Shown here in pieces: positions 37,976 to 52,002 of a stretch of DNA of 64,000 bases. Each line of letters begins with the position of its first letter. Position 1 is the first letter of the stretch. The translations under genes and the position numbers were made by a program. This stretch comes from Ruditapes philippinarum (taxonomy: Eukaryota). Where the stretch lies: assembly GCF_026571515.1 (NCBI RefSeq), contig NW_026858123.1, positions 124,001 to 188,000 of the forward strand, given 5' to 3'. The notes beneath the pieces were generated by a model that was given only the letters and a program-made list of their open reading frames with translations, searched no databases and had not been told where the DNA came from.

Positions 37976-40210
37976 TGCACATCGCTTGACAAAAAAAGTA
38001 ACTTCTCCTATAATTGTTAAGTTTAACAAATTCAAAGATAAAGATCTTATTCTACAAAAATACCACCAAGTCCGAAAGTCTAAAGCAAGCAGCAGCGATT
38101 AACTAGATTATGACGATATTCGAGTATCTGAAGACTTTACAGCGCATACTAGGAAATTAGGATCAAACTTATTTCGTATATCGACATCTCTAAGAAGCAG
38201 AACAAAAGATCGTTTATTAGATATGATAAGCTGATTGTGGACGGTGTACCTTATATCTTTGACTTTGACAAGGATGATATTGTTCCCGAGAAATAGGACA
38301 GTGGCCAAGGTCTGAATAATAAACTGTCACATTTGAATATTGGACATGATGTTACAAATTCTGATTTTGACGTGAATTTTCATGCTATGAAATTAGGTGT
38401 GTGGAATGTTTCTGGTTTATCATCAAAATTGACTGGAAGAAACGATATTTGTGATTCAACAAATTTTGTTGATTTAGCATTATTGGTTTTGTAGAAACTT
38501 GGGCTAAGAGTTATGGTGAGTTTTCATTAACTCGGTATACATGTTTTGATGTTATTAGACCATAAACTAAAAATGCAGAACGAAATTCAGGTGGAATATC
38601 TGTTTTTGTAAGAAATATTATATTTCAGTATGAAGATATTAAACAACTAAGATCCTCTAGTCACAATATTTTATGGCTACTTGTTAAATCTAAAGTTAAT
38701 ATTTTTCATAATACAGTCGACTCCGCTTATAACGAACTCAATGGGACATTTAAATATCGTTCGTTATATCAAAGTTCGCTAAAAGCGAAGTAGCAACAAC
38801 TTGCTGACTTATTTGTGTGTGTGTGGGGGGGGGGGGGTAAATTTGCCGTTATAAAGGCAAACCTTCGTACTGGTTACCAGTATAATCGGTATTTTACGGC
38901 AGCGGTATTTTAATGCGGGTCATTTTATTGAACAATATATCATGGACATGGTACATGTATTTAGACATGTAGTACTTGTCTATAAAGTGCGTACCATTTG
39001 TGTTCTTTCACTATTTGTTTGTTATTGTTTCGTTAATATTGCAAACAAAAAATCGGTTATTTGGTAATTATCGGGTATTTACAGCAATTTATCAACTGAG
39101 GGTGCGAAATACATATTTTCAGTAACAGGCAGGAAATTGTGTTCTGAGAACATTTTATTCTGAACTGTACAATCACTAGTTTGAATAATAATCGGATAGC
39201 GGTATTCATGTACTGATCTTAATCGAGAGCATCCCGATATTTCAATTATTACAGTTTGTTTTAACCGAGGAAATTTACATGTTTTTCGCCGTTAGGGACT
39301 TGAAGGAATGGTTCGCTATAGCCGAAAATTCGTTTTAAACGAGTACGTATTAAGCGATGTGATTTAATATAAAATAAAGAAGGTATCGGCCGGGGATGTT
39401 AGATTTAGTTCGCTTTCAACGATAATTCGTTATAAGCAAGTTCGTAATAAGTGGAGTCGACTGTATGCTATTAGGTTTTATTTATATGTCTCCAGAAAAT
39501 TCGTCCATACATTCTAATCAGGCATTGTTTGATATCATTGAAAACGAGCTTGCTATTTTCAAAAGTGACTATCCGGGGCATTCCATTTTTGTTTTAGGTG
39601 ACTTTAATGCATATACGTCCACAAACCCTGATTATATTGCTATGGGTGGTGAAATTCCATTGTTAAGTGATACATTTTATATTGAAGATACATTTCCGCC
39701 ACCTAGAGCTAATACTGATGGTAAATCTATAAATAATTACGGCCAAAAATTGCTTTAGCTTTGTATTGCTTCTGGGCTTCGTATATGTAATGGCAGAATC
39801 GGTCACGATGCTGGAAAAGGTTGTTGTACTTGTTATACTGATTATTCTCCTAGTCTTATTGATTATATTTTGTCTGATATGTCACTATCAGATTATGTTT
39901 TAGATTTTAATGTTGAAAATCGAATTGAATCTATACACATGCCCGTCTACATTAAAATTAAGAGCTCAACACAATTAGAAGATAATCTCTGTCTGAACCA
40001 GTATTTAGTAATGTCTCTGAAAATCTATATACTAAACTGAAATGGGATGCAAATAATAAACAACAATATATTGAAAAGCTAATTATAGGTCTTGACTCTA
40101 TGTATGACTATCTTAATACTGCTTTAGATAATAATGATATACATCTAGCTTTACAGAGACTAACAGATTGCTTTTACAATGCTGGATCAAACAGAAATAG
40201 AAATAATGGC
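37974..40210 (+). mobile_element. Duplicated part of the decayed plus-strand LINE
   Basis: Near-identical to 34022-36260. Confidence 0.85.
38714..39463. mobile_element. Tc1/pogo-type MITE (copy 2, from the tandem duplication)
   Basis: Same TIRs and TA TSD as 34764-35517. Confidence 0.9.
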
Positions 40211-41646
40211 GTTAATAATGATCTTAATACAAATCAGAAATTAAAATTATATCTACATTTACGTAATACAGTTTTGTACTCAGACCTGGTTTTTACCATG
40301 TTTACTCTATTAAAATCATTCATTCTGACAATCACGATATTTGTTTAAAAATTTATAAAATATCTGCTATTGTCGTTGACGGTAAGTATTTTCTCAATCC
40401 CCCAACCCATTTTTTACCCCCCACCACCACCTTTTCACCCTTCAAGCCCTTATCCCTTTAATTCCCTTATGGGCCCGTTTAAGTTGATATTATTTCACAT
40501 TACATGTCCTATTTCTCACCCATATGTCTGCTCTAGGTTGTTTTTTTTAGTGTGTCGGGGCCGCGTCCTGTGAACGTTGCCTTTGCCTTGTTGATCTTTA
40601 TTCTTGTTTTTTTTTCAAAACACTTACTATTAAAGCATGGTTGATTTACATCATTTGTTTCACACTTAGAGCCAGTGGCTGTTCGAAACCCTTTTGATAA
40701 ATGGAAAGCAATATTATTAAATATGCTTTAAAAATTTTGCAAACAATTATCGATGTCGCCCTTTGTAAATCTTAATAAAATATTATTTTCAAAATTATCA
40801 AGATTCTCAATATTTTCTTCTGTTGATAAAAACTGAATAAATTGATCTTTCAAATTTTCTTTCCATACATAGGTATAATCAACACTATCATTATTCTGAT
40901 TTAAATCCTTATAGTCATAATTACTGTCAACATAATCAGTAGATTTATTAAACACAAAGGAAACAGTTATGACAGTGATCAGACACAATATTAGGACAAT
41001 CAGTATCAAAGGTAACAATTTTCTCTCATAAACTATGTTTACACAATAAATAGTCAACAACACTACACACTGTATTATTCACAAATGTGTATTTACCAAT
41101 ATTATAACCTTTATCTTCCGTCCATTCATTGTTCTATAACCCGTTTGTTTACAAAAATCTAAAAGCAACCTACCATTATTATTCACATGCGCTCTTTATC
41201 TTGTGATTACCGATCTAAATTTCTATCTGTCTGATTATCGTCTGGTAAAATATCACTATAAAAATATTATAAGTATCATGAATAACACAATCTGGGAGTA
41301 CCGACTTTCGGGCATTGAAATCGCCAAAAATTGTATAACAGCAGTCATCATTTGAACAATTTTCCACATAAGTAGCTGAATCAATCAATCTGTCAAAAAT
41401 GTTATCAACTTTCATGAACCACCTGAATTCCGTTTGCTGTATTTTTAACAGATGTTCTATGTAAAACAAAATACTTATACTCAAAACCGTCGACCTGTAT
41501 ATTAGAGAATGAATATGTCCACAATTCTGTAAAAAGAACAATGTCATTACTTTCAAACACATTTTTCACAAAATCTGAATTTAGTTTATCCGTCCGTTTA
41601 TTTTGCAAACCATTTATATTCATATACGCACATCTAATAGCGACCT

Positions 41647-41868
41647 TTAAGTGGCGGCGTGGCCGACTGGTAAATGCGTCGGACTAGTAATCAAAGGATT
41701 GCTGGCCGCATGGGTTCAAACCCTTGCAGGGGCAAGCCGTTGTTTCCTTGAGCAAGAACTTTACATTCATTGCTTAGTACTGGTTGGTTCTAGGAACGGA
41801 TTCGAGAGTGTTTCAATAAGCTTATAGCTTCCAACACAATCGAACTAAAATAAATTTGTATGAACTAT
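41647..41868 (+). mobile_element. CORE-like tRNA SINE (duplicate)
   Basis: Same TSD at 41635-41646 and 41869-41880. Confidence 0.9.
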
Positions 41869-43221
41869 TAATAGCGACCTCCTCCGCGGTGTCCTTGATA
41901 TTGACTTGCTGCCCACGCGTGCACTCTTGTTTTTCATTCACTCAGTCCGATGACCTATTTCTATATTTAGCATACGACAAAATAACCTTAACGAATTTAT
42001 CATACAGCAAACTTCCTGTTTGATAAAAAAAAAAACATTTCCGCAGCGGGGTATATAAAACTATATTTATATAAATGTCACGATTATCCAATGAAAAATG
42101 AAGTTACAAACATGCAGTATTATATGACCTTTTTTAAAGGTGTGGTTTAAGTTTGTTTATATTTGTTTTGGTTTCATAACATTGTTCGAATCACGTAGTT
42201 ATTACATCAAGTATTCCGGTAGGGTGAATGACATTTGGATTTCAGTAGCCATTAAGGGAAGTCGGCTTTGTTTTGTCAGGAAGATTCATACATTATCTCA
42301 CTTGACGGTATTTCTTTTTTTCTTTTGTAATATCATAAACAACATGCTTGATTGTGTCTGCGTATGCCTGTGCCTTATTTTGCCTTAAAATATCCTCTAA
42401 AATACAGACACAGATAGTAATCTGAATCAGTAACCGTGTTCAAAGTATATAATAATGCTTGTAATATCCTTAATTTAGTGACGATTTATTAAGTTACATT
42501 ATGATTATGAAACTTTTGTTGGTGAAATTTATCAGGCGCTACTCTGCGCGACGCCAAACGCGTTATCGCTCCGCCCACTAAGTCATGTGGTACAGAAAAA
42601 ACCAAAGCTTTGACAGTCAAACAAAATGGCTACCGCAATGAAATTACGAGAGATTCCAAGATATATTAGTGAGAAATATTTACCTTATACCGAACTTTAA
42701 GACAACGACCGAAAGCAAGAAAGTTTTATGTAGAAGCTTACATCATCAGTTTTACGATTTATAGAGAGTCAGAAAGAGCATTAGTTGTGAAATCATGTAA
42801 ATTTAGAAGTAGCGATAAAAAAGAAAAATAAAATTTGAAAATAAAACAAAATTTTGGTATATAAGTGTCCCTTTATGGATAAGAAATGCATTTCTTACAT
42901 TTTTAAAGCAGTAGATTAGACTTTATAGATTGTAGAAAGTAGTAAGTTTCAATATCATGAAAAAAAAATTCTGTCAACCTATATTCTACCTAAAATCAAT
43001 ATATTTATAAATAATCTTGATGATATGAATTGTATGTTTATATTTAGCACAATATTTATCAAAAACTGTACGTAGTTAAGCATTTCAGTGACTCAAAACA
43101 ACTTTAAGTGAATGATTAAAATAATTTTTTTTATAAAAGTTGAAATCTTGAAAATATATGTCAATTCTTGGTCATTAAACAAAAAATGAAAGAGACTGGT
43201 TTAAATTTGACCCACATATTA

Positions 43222-43633
43222 ATAGGGCTGTCATTGATAGAAAATTTTGTTTCAATATATCAAGAGACAAATATCGACGAACTATCGATATATTGACTTT
43301 GACAGATACAATGAAAACAAAATTTAATATGTGTTACAAATTTGGTAAATGGTGTTAACAGTTATGAATGACTGTAAGGACATCAAAATACTACAAACTA
43401 ACAGAAAGTTTGTTCTTTCTGTTATTTTGTCACTGACATTTGAAAACAGTGTTTAAAGTTCAAGTTAGCCAAAAATAAAAAAAAACTGGAAAAAAGTGGC
43501 TTCTCTTATTATGCAAAATAGAGAGGTATATTCACTAACAGGGATAAATGATTTATAGGTTGTATTGAAATTTGAAAGTGTGTATCAATATTTATCGAAT
43601 GATGAATATCAATAATGCGATATTCAATGACAG
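43222..43633. mobile_element. Degenerate hAT-like MITE; related sequence at about 52525-52700
   Basis: TAGGGCTGTCATTGA...TCAATGACAG. The first 150 bp or so resemble 52525-52700. Confidence 0.45.
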
Positions 43634-44319
43634 ATTTTGATATATATACATGTATATTAACATTCACAGATTATGAAATGCAAGTATTTCCTATATAATT
43701 TCTTTTTCAACTAGAACTATAACATATCTAAACTACATTAACTCAACTCCTTGAAATTAGAGAAGTTATGGTTCTTTAATTCTTTGATAAAGAGGACATG
43801 TTGATATTTACTAGCATTATAACATATAGATCTAATGAGCTGTGCAAAACACCAACCCATGTTTAAGGGTTAATTATGAGCCAGATTTAATCTATCCTAT
43901 TTTATCAAGCATGTTTTCCTGTTTATTTTAACATTATTGGGTTTGTGTTTTCTGCCTTTCAGTAACATTCTTATGTGAATATTGTTTTATTCTGTTCCAT
44001 GACTGACTAAAATGGTTTTAGAGTTTTGGTAACTAGTTTCTATAGTATGAGCTACACATATATTGGTATATATGGAAGAAATCACTGATAGTGTGTAAGT
44101 ACAATCACTCAGAACACAGGGTATAAAAGAAAAGCCTCCAGAACTTTTGTTGGCCAGCGGAGCTTTTTTTCACAGGTTTGAGAAGCATCTCTGCCCTTTA
44201 TTTTGGGGGAAAATTACACGGTTTATTTGCAAAAGGGATAAAAAACTTGATTTTAAAGAATTTTTCTTTGGGAAAGCAACCATATAACGGCCACTGCAAC
44301 AAAAAAAAAGCCCTGGCAA

Positions 44320-44485
44320 GTCCACATAGCTCAGTCAGTAAGAGCGCGAAACTTGTAATCTCGATATTGTGGGTTTGATTACTGGGCTTGGGAGACTAAA
44401 ATAAGATCTTCTAACAGTCTTTCGGATGAGATTTAAAAATGAGGCCCCATATAATCGTACATATATTAAATGAACCTTGGGGAAT
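44320..44485 (+). mobile_element. Decayed tRNA-head SINE with Deu-like domain
   Basis: TAGCTCAGTCAGTAAGAGCG head, then GTCTTTCGGATGAGA...GAGGCCCC. Confidence 0.55.
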
Positions 44486-45086
44486 CTTCTGGAATTTGGT
44501 CATCTTCCGTAACATTGCACAATATTCTCCCTTGCAAGTTACTACAGTTCCTTGGCTGTTTACTAAATTATTTATTCTTTTCTGTCTAACTTCGGTATTA
44601 CTTACTATTTTTGTTGTATTAAATTTACCAGTTGGAAGGTCATCAAAAGCATAGATCCTGAGGAGAGAATATTGAAATAGATTTTTATTTTACTGGGTTA
44701 TAGACTGGATTTGTCTAGTTTGTTCAGTTAATACATACCTTCTACAGGTATTCTGCTACAGGAATCTTCTAATCACTATGTGAAACTAATTATTACTTTC
44801 AAATTGTGTTTGTATATAAATGTTATTAAAATAACCTTTGGTAGAAATGAAAGGTAGAAAATAATATATTAAAACAGAGAAAGGATAACAGCTTGAAGTT
44901 ATCAATTTTAAACACTTGATATATACGCAGTTAGTTATATCGTAAAGTCTAATGGAAGGTTAAAAGAGGGGCAATATTTGTTACTGTAAGAGATATGCAT
45001 TTAATGTTAAGACACTCACACAACTCAATCTTTATTATATGATATAGACTACAGTTTGTATTTGAGATTTTATTAACTTTTATACT

Positions 45087-45614
45087 ATACATTATAGTTT
45101 TCTTTCTACAAGATTATGAATTCCATTCAAATACCAATGCTAATAGGATGTTATATTTATTTTTAATGGAAACTGGGAATTATTAATGTAATGAGCATAC
45201 ATGTGTATCTTAGTATATGGATATAATGTGTATTTCTGTATTTAAGGACTTACAATTATGATGGATGAGACTTGCATTTATAAATGATAATACATGTATT
45301 GATCAGTCTAAATGTTATAGGTGTTTATACCCAGTGTTAACTGGCTAATAATAGTATCTATAATAGAGTTTATACATTATAGTTTTCTTTTTACTAGATT
45401 TTGAATTCCACCCATTAGTACCAATGTTAATGTTGATGTTAGGATTTCATATTTGTTTAATAAAAATTTGGAGTTATTAATGTTATGTGCATACATATAT
45501 ATCTTAGTATTTTGATATGATGGTACTTGAAGAGTTTAAAGAGTTACAGTTTTGACATTGTTATTAAAGGGATGAGACTTTCAATAAAGTTATAAATGAT
45601 AATACATGCATTGA
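45087..45614. repeat. Old diverged direct duplication (about 285-bp period)
   Basis: tatacattatagttttcttt...tataaatgataatacatg occurs twice (about 45087 and 45371). Confidence 0.7.
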
Positions 45615-47192
45615 TTGAAAATATCCTTAAACTTGGATCAAGCAATATAATTAATGAAGTCTAAAAAAATCATATTCTGAATAGTTATTCAAATTTATTT
45701 CTATTATGTGCATAATTTGAAAAGGACAGCGTCTGTCTTATCTATTTGTAATGGAGGGACACCGGTCTCAACCTCCAGGTCTCCAGAGTCAACCAAACAA
45801 TTAACAGACCTTTCATAGAGTAGATTGTTACTTGCCCTTGAATAAATTTGTGCACTAAATTTTATAGAGGGTGATTTGGGCGACATGAAAACCAACAAAG
45901 TACAAAAAGTAACCGGGTGCCAGATGAAAACATGAAAATACAATGTACCACAAAGTGGTTCGTTTGTTGCATTTTCATCTATTCATAAATTTAATTCCCC
46001 ACTCGGAACCTCAGTTACTTTTCATGTAACGTGTCAATGACCGATATTGTAAACTCCACACCATATGAGCCAATCAGAAGTATGTTGGGTGTTTCAGATT
46101 GGTTGGATGACCAAAGACACAGAAAAACATTTCTGTAAATAATTGTGACGCTCCAGTATTACGCTAACCGCCGTTTCATCAGCATTGTTGATGGCATGCC
46201 AAAAGATATTTTTTAATTTATATCAGTTACAGAGCAGGCATATATAAATATAAAATAAGTCAAATATGTATTGACCCATAATTGCGACTATACGCATGAA
46301 GTGAACCATCTTAATATTATGCAAGGACGTCTCTTGATGTGGAAAATTAATATGCAAAATTTCTTTAATCTTTTTCAAAAGTTTATCGCTAACTTTCTTA
46401 CAGCGTCATAACAAATTCAAACACGCTTTACATTACCCTCCTATTAATGCATGATGGTATAAAAAGGGAATGATTGCAGTGTACATGACGTAAATAAATC
46501 CAAATAAGCATGGCTTTCCCACCATATCTACGTATTTTCAAAACATTTCGTATGCAATGTCTTTTATCTCGTTCTATATGGAAACTATGTCATTCAAGAT
46601 CGTCTCGTGAAAATGTGTCTTTTTCGGATAATAATGTTTTGTTACAGAATATGATACACAATAGAATAAGTTATAGATTGCTTTATGAAAGTGATGCGCA
46701 AATTATGTTGCTAATTTTGATATTATGCACATATGGATCTTTTCAGCACATATGGAGCTCAAATGCAATTTCAAGCAGCGATTCCCTTCGTTTTGTAGCC
46801 AAATCTCAATAAATGTTTAAATCAGGATAAATCAGTCTGTAGTGAGATTTCGTTTTCGAAATCTCTGGTTTTTTTAAGTCTGTTTAATGACATTTTTTTT
46901 TATTCACATTGCATGTTTTCGATACACCAGAACCCACGACGGAAAGAATATCTCGATGAAAACTGCATAGAAATCCAAAACAAAAATAGGTAATATAGAG
47001 GAGAGTCAGGAGGGTAGAATCACATTTCGATTTTCTTAAAAAAATGATTGAATTTTATTTAAATGTTTAAAAAGATGAAAACTTACCCTGAGATTGACCT
47101 ATTTTTACAGTCACATCTGGTGTTACGCTTCACATCTAGTGCAGCCGAAATTCACATATAATTTTTACCAATGCTCATTTTTGAGATACATA

Positions 47193-47510
47193 TGGGGTTC
47201 CACCCCGTGTTTTAGGTCCTCTTTTATGTCAAATATAACGTCAATGTCATGTCTGCAGCCCTAAGCAATAAGTTTTTATAATATGCTAATGACTCAGGTA
47301 TTCTTGTATCTGGTAAAATAAATCTGAAGAAATTCTCTCGTATGGCATGAGTCTTATAAGATTGGTTAATTGACTTAAAATTGTCTTTGCATCTTGGCAA
47401 GGCAGAGTCTATTCTTTTTAGTTTATGTTTCAACTTAAACTGGACCACATGTTATGGTACTGCTATAAAATACACATCTTTTGTTAAGAATTTAGGTGCA
47501 AAACTTGATC
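47193..47510 (+). mobile_element. CR1/L2-type reverse transcriptase fragment
   Basis: Decayed GVP..LGPLL, YANDSGILVSG (YADD box) and WLIDLKLSLHLGKAESILF. Confidence 0.75.
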
Positions 47511-47556
47511 AATTTTTTTTGGCGTCGCCTTTGATGCTGTGCATCAATGCTTTTCT

Positions 47557-50500
47557 TGTATCTACATTTACGTAATACATTTTTGTACTCAGATCTGGTT
47601 TTTTCTGTTTACTCTATTAAAATCATTCTGACACTCACGATATTTGTTTAAACATTTATGAAATATCTGCTGCTTTTCAAAACACTTACTATTAAACCAT
47701 GGTTGATTTACATCATTATTTCACACTTAGAGTCAGTGGCTACAACCCTTTTGATAAATGGAGAAGCAATATTATTAAATATGTTTTCTAAATTTTGCAA
47801 ACAATAATCAAGGTCGCCCTTTGTAGAGCTTGATAAAATATTACTTTCTAAATTATCAAGATTCTCAATATTTTCTTCAGTTGATATTAACTCAATATAT
47901 TAATCCTTCAAATTTTCTTTCCATACATAGGTATAATTAACACTATCATTATTCTGATTTAAATCCTTATAGTCATATTTACTGTCAACATAATCAGTAG
48001 ATTTATTAAACACAAAGGAAACAGTTATAAGACAGTGATCAGACACAATATTAAGACAATCAATATAATAGGTAGCAATTTTTCTCATAAACTATTTTTA
48101 CACAATAAATAGTCAACAACACTACACCCTCGATCTATTATTCACAAATGTGTATTTACCAATAATATAATCTTTATCTTCCGTCCATTCATTATTCTAT
48201 ATAACCCGTTTGTTTACAAAAATCTAAAAGCAGCCTGCCATTATTATTCATATGTTATCATCTATCGTGGATGTCTACTTCTATTGTCTGGTATTACATA
48301 ACACAGACCAATATAAATGTCTTTATCTATTAAAAGTTTATTGCCCGAAATTTCTATCCATAATATATCATCTTGTGATGTAAAAAATATATATCATCAG
48401 AATCAAAATTTGATTTCACAAAAATAATAATGCCACCTGAATTCCGTTTTGCTGTATTTTTAAAAGATGTTCTATGTAAAACAAAATACTAATACTCAAA
48501 ACCGTCGACATGAATCTGTCAACGTCTCTGTAAAAAGAACAATGTCATAACTTTCAAACACATTTTCCAGGGCTGGGAATCAAAACTGCGTCGTATCCTA
48601 CAAAATGTAAACAAATGCCGCCATCTTGGAACGAAAAATGTATGTTTTTGTTTATAACTCTTTTTGTTGGAAATGACTGAAACCAGATATATTTATTAAC
48701 ACGCTACACTATTTTCCGCTTCGTTCGGTATATGTTGCTTGCACAACTATTTTGTAAAACAAAAGTTATAGCGAACTTGCAACTCGAAGCGGGGCAGATT
48801 TTTATGAAAATGTTTGGATACGACGCAGTTCATATTGCTTTATCTATCGTTTTTTTCCTTCAAATCAATTATATACTCGTTTTCAGAGTTCACCTTAAAC
48901 TTCAAAACATAATTTTGCATCATTTACTAAAATTTCATTAAAGAGAGATGTTTATTTTCCAAGAAAATAATGATTTTTACGAAATGATACGACGCAGTTG
49001 AAAATAAAATATGATACGACGCAGTTGTATTTTCATTGCAGGCTGCATATTGGTTAAAATATCTAAATTATGTGCTAGGTATGCTAATAACGTCCAACAC
49101 CATTTCTTGTTTACAACTTAAGTCAAAGGCAGAGGTCACTCATTAGTTCCATAAAAATGGAAATGAAATTCAATTCTATTATTTAGGCTGTATTTTTCGG
49201 TCGCATTTTAGTACCTATCATAAGCATCTACAAATTCCGAAAAGCTATATCAAATGCAATATACATTGAACGTGATCGCACACCCATATGACAACGTGTT
49301 CCATTTTTGCCTTAGCATGCTTCTTAAATTGTTCCTGTGAGTTCGAAATGGGAGTGATTACTATTTTTGATACAAAATTCAATATTCCAGTGTAACCTCT
49401 CCTGGACCCTGTATTAATCAGGAATGACCTTTTTTTTTTAAAAAAAAAGAGAAAGAATTACAATTTTTGAAAAGGTCTCTTGCAATCGGAAGAGAGCTAT
49501 GCGCAAATTGCATGCCTACCATTGTTACTTGTAATTAGCAATAATTTCCGTCAATTCCGTTATTACTTATGTCTTTTTCGTGCCGATTTTATTGTATTCA
49601 TTTTCTTAATAATCGGTGAGAACAGACGAGCTTTATTATTCGAAACTGAACATTAAATTTTTAAAATTATATTGTAAATGGTTAAGCTACAATATATTTT
49701 TGCATGTAGGTTATGCGTTCCGTTCAGTCATTTTATGTTCAGCGCCGCGGAACTTTACCGCTGTTTTTGTCGTATTGCATTTCTTTATCGCCGATGAGGA
49801 AAGGTCTACGGAATATATTTTCTATATTTGCACTTAAGTATCATTCTTCTCCATTAAAAAAACTGTAAATTTTCAAAATCGAGTTACATATGATACAACT
49901 ACAAATAATTTTGTAAAGAAGGTGTCCGTTTTGCAAATGTATTTTACGCTGTGCACCGATAAATTTGATACAGATGTAGACAGTCATTATCTTTCAACAG
50001 TATTGAAAAAGTTTTCACAATATTGAACAGAAAATTAAGGTCAGATTATCGCATCGAATTTTCAACAGACTAAAGACATTGCATCTTAAGATACCTTCAT
50101 ACTAAAGTGTGATTTTTATTTGATAATGAATTGCCTAAAAACTTAAACAAAAGTTTTCAGAAAATGACTTCACAGAGGATTACCCCCTGTTTACATTGAA
50201 AATTTCTCTGCTAGTCATACCGAAATAAGAAATTTAAATGTTATTCTCATGATAATTAACTCAAATATTTATAATCTTAAAACTTCACACCAGAAATTAA
50301 TTAAAATGCTGCTTATTTGTACAGCTGACATTAACAAATTTTGTTGAAAGTTTGAAAACAAACCACAAAAAGCAGTCATTACCCAGAACATGCAGAACCC
50401 CAGTTAACTTAAAGCGTAGCTAGCCAACATGAATTCAAGTTAATAGATTTCTACTTTTTTGCGAAAAAAATTAGGAATAATATTGAACATGCAGGAAAAT

Positions 50501-51882
50501 ATAGGAATTATTTCAGATATTATGATCAATTAGGTAACATGTTCATGTTTAACTGAAAAGTAGCTTCCACAATGTAAACTTTCAAATTAAATGTTATATT
50601 TGATATGACACAATGTATTCTTAATAATCAAATACAGCAGAACATTGCTATACACCGCAAATGATCTGGGGTTTTTATCTAGCGCAAGTGATTATTCCAT
50701 AAAATAGAAATATATTGCCAAAATTATCCCTGTTGAAAAGACTGCCAAAAATACAACTGCGTCGTATCACATTTTATTTTCAACTGCGTCGTATCATTTC
50801 GTAAAAATCATTATTTTCTTAGAAAATAACATCTCTTTTTAATGAAAGTTTAGTAAATGGTGCAAAATTATGTTTCGAAGTTTTTGGTGAACCCTGAAAC
50901 AAATATATAATTGATTTGAAGGAAAAAACGATAGATAAAGCAATATGAACTGCGTCGTATCCACACATTTTCATAAAAATTCTGCCCCGCTTCGAGTTGC
51001 AAGTTCGCTATAACTTTTGTTTTACAAAATAGTTGTGCAAGCTATATATACAGAACGAAGCGGAAAATAGAGTAGCGTGTTAATACATATATCTGGTTTT
51101 CAGTTATTTCCAACAAAAAAAGTTATAAACAAAAACATACATTTTTCGTACCAAGATGGCGGCGTTTGTTTACATTTTGTAGGATACGACGCAGTTTTGA
51201 TTCCCAGCCCTGTTTTCACAAAATCTTAATTCAGTTTGCAAACCATTTATATTTATATACGCACATCTAATTTAGCGACCTCCTCCGCGGTGTCCTAGAT
51301 ATTGACTTCCTGCCCACGCGTGCACTCACTCAGTCAGATGACCTATTTCTATTTTTAGCATACGGCAAAATAACCTTAACAAATTATCATACAGCAAACT
51401 TCAAGTTTGAAAAAAAAAACATTTTCGCAGCAGGGATATATGAAATCATATTTATATAAAGGTCACGATTATCCAATGAAAAATGAAGTTACAAACGTGC
51501 AGTATTACATAACATATTTTAAATGTGTGGTTTAAGTTTGTTTATATCTGTTTTGGTTTCACAACATTGTTCGAATCACGTAGTTATTACATCAAGTATT
51601 CCGGTAAGGTGAATGTCTATAGAAACATTTGGATTTCAGTAGCCATTAAGGGAAGTAGGCTTTGTTTTGTCAGGAGGATTCACACTTTATCTCACTTTAC
51701 GGTATTTCTTTTTTTCTTTTGTAATATCATTAACAACATGCTTGCTTGTTTCTTCGTATGCTTGAGCCTTATTTTGCCTTAAAATATCCTCTAAAATACA
51801 GACACAGATAGTAATCTGAATCAATAACCGTGTTCAAAGTATTAAATAATGCTTATTATCTCCTTAATTTAGTGACGATTTA
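47557..51882. repeat. Diverged paralog of the 40250-42490 segment, split by a 2.65-kb TIR element
   Basis: Colinear similarity on both sides of the insertion, e.g. ORFs 42140 vs 51525 and 40728 vs 47900. Confidence 0.85.
48568..51212. mobile_element. Non-autonomous DNA transposon with about 465-bp TIRs and 5-bp TSD (TTTTC)
   Basis: CAGGGCTGGGAATCAAAACTGCGTCGTATCC...GGATACGACGCAGTTTTGATTCCCAGCCCTG. TTTTC at 48563-48567 and 51213-51217. The empty site is visible at about 37612-37630 and 41557-41575. Confidence 0.92.
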
Positions 51883-52002
51883 TTTTTATATGTTTCTACA
51901 CGATCATTTTAGTGTTTTACTTATTCAACCTTTTTTAACCATGACAATTGTTAGAATTTCACTTGGCGGGGATTCATTTTATTTACACTGTCTCGTTTAT
52001 AG

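Larger units (their letters stand above)
34022..41924. repeat. Tandem duplication, two near-identical units (34022-37973 and 37974-41917)
   Basis: The ORF set is duplicated. CGTGCAC occurs at 34022, 37974 and 41918, marking the boundaries. Confidence 0.95.

Noticed and set aside
42627-42830. Possible decayed transposon ORF start (MATAMKLREIP...RKFYVEAYI)
   Set aside because: Stops and frameshifts; no termini or downstream domain could be supported.
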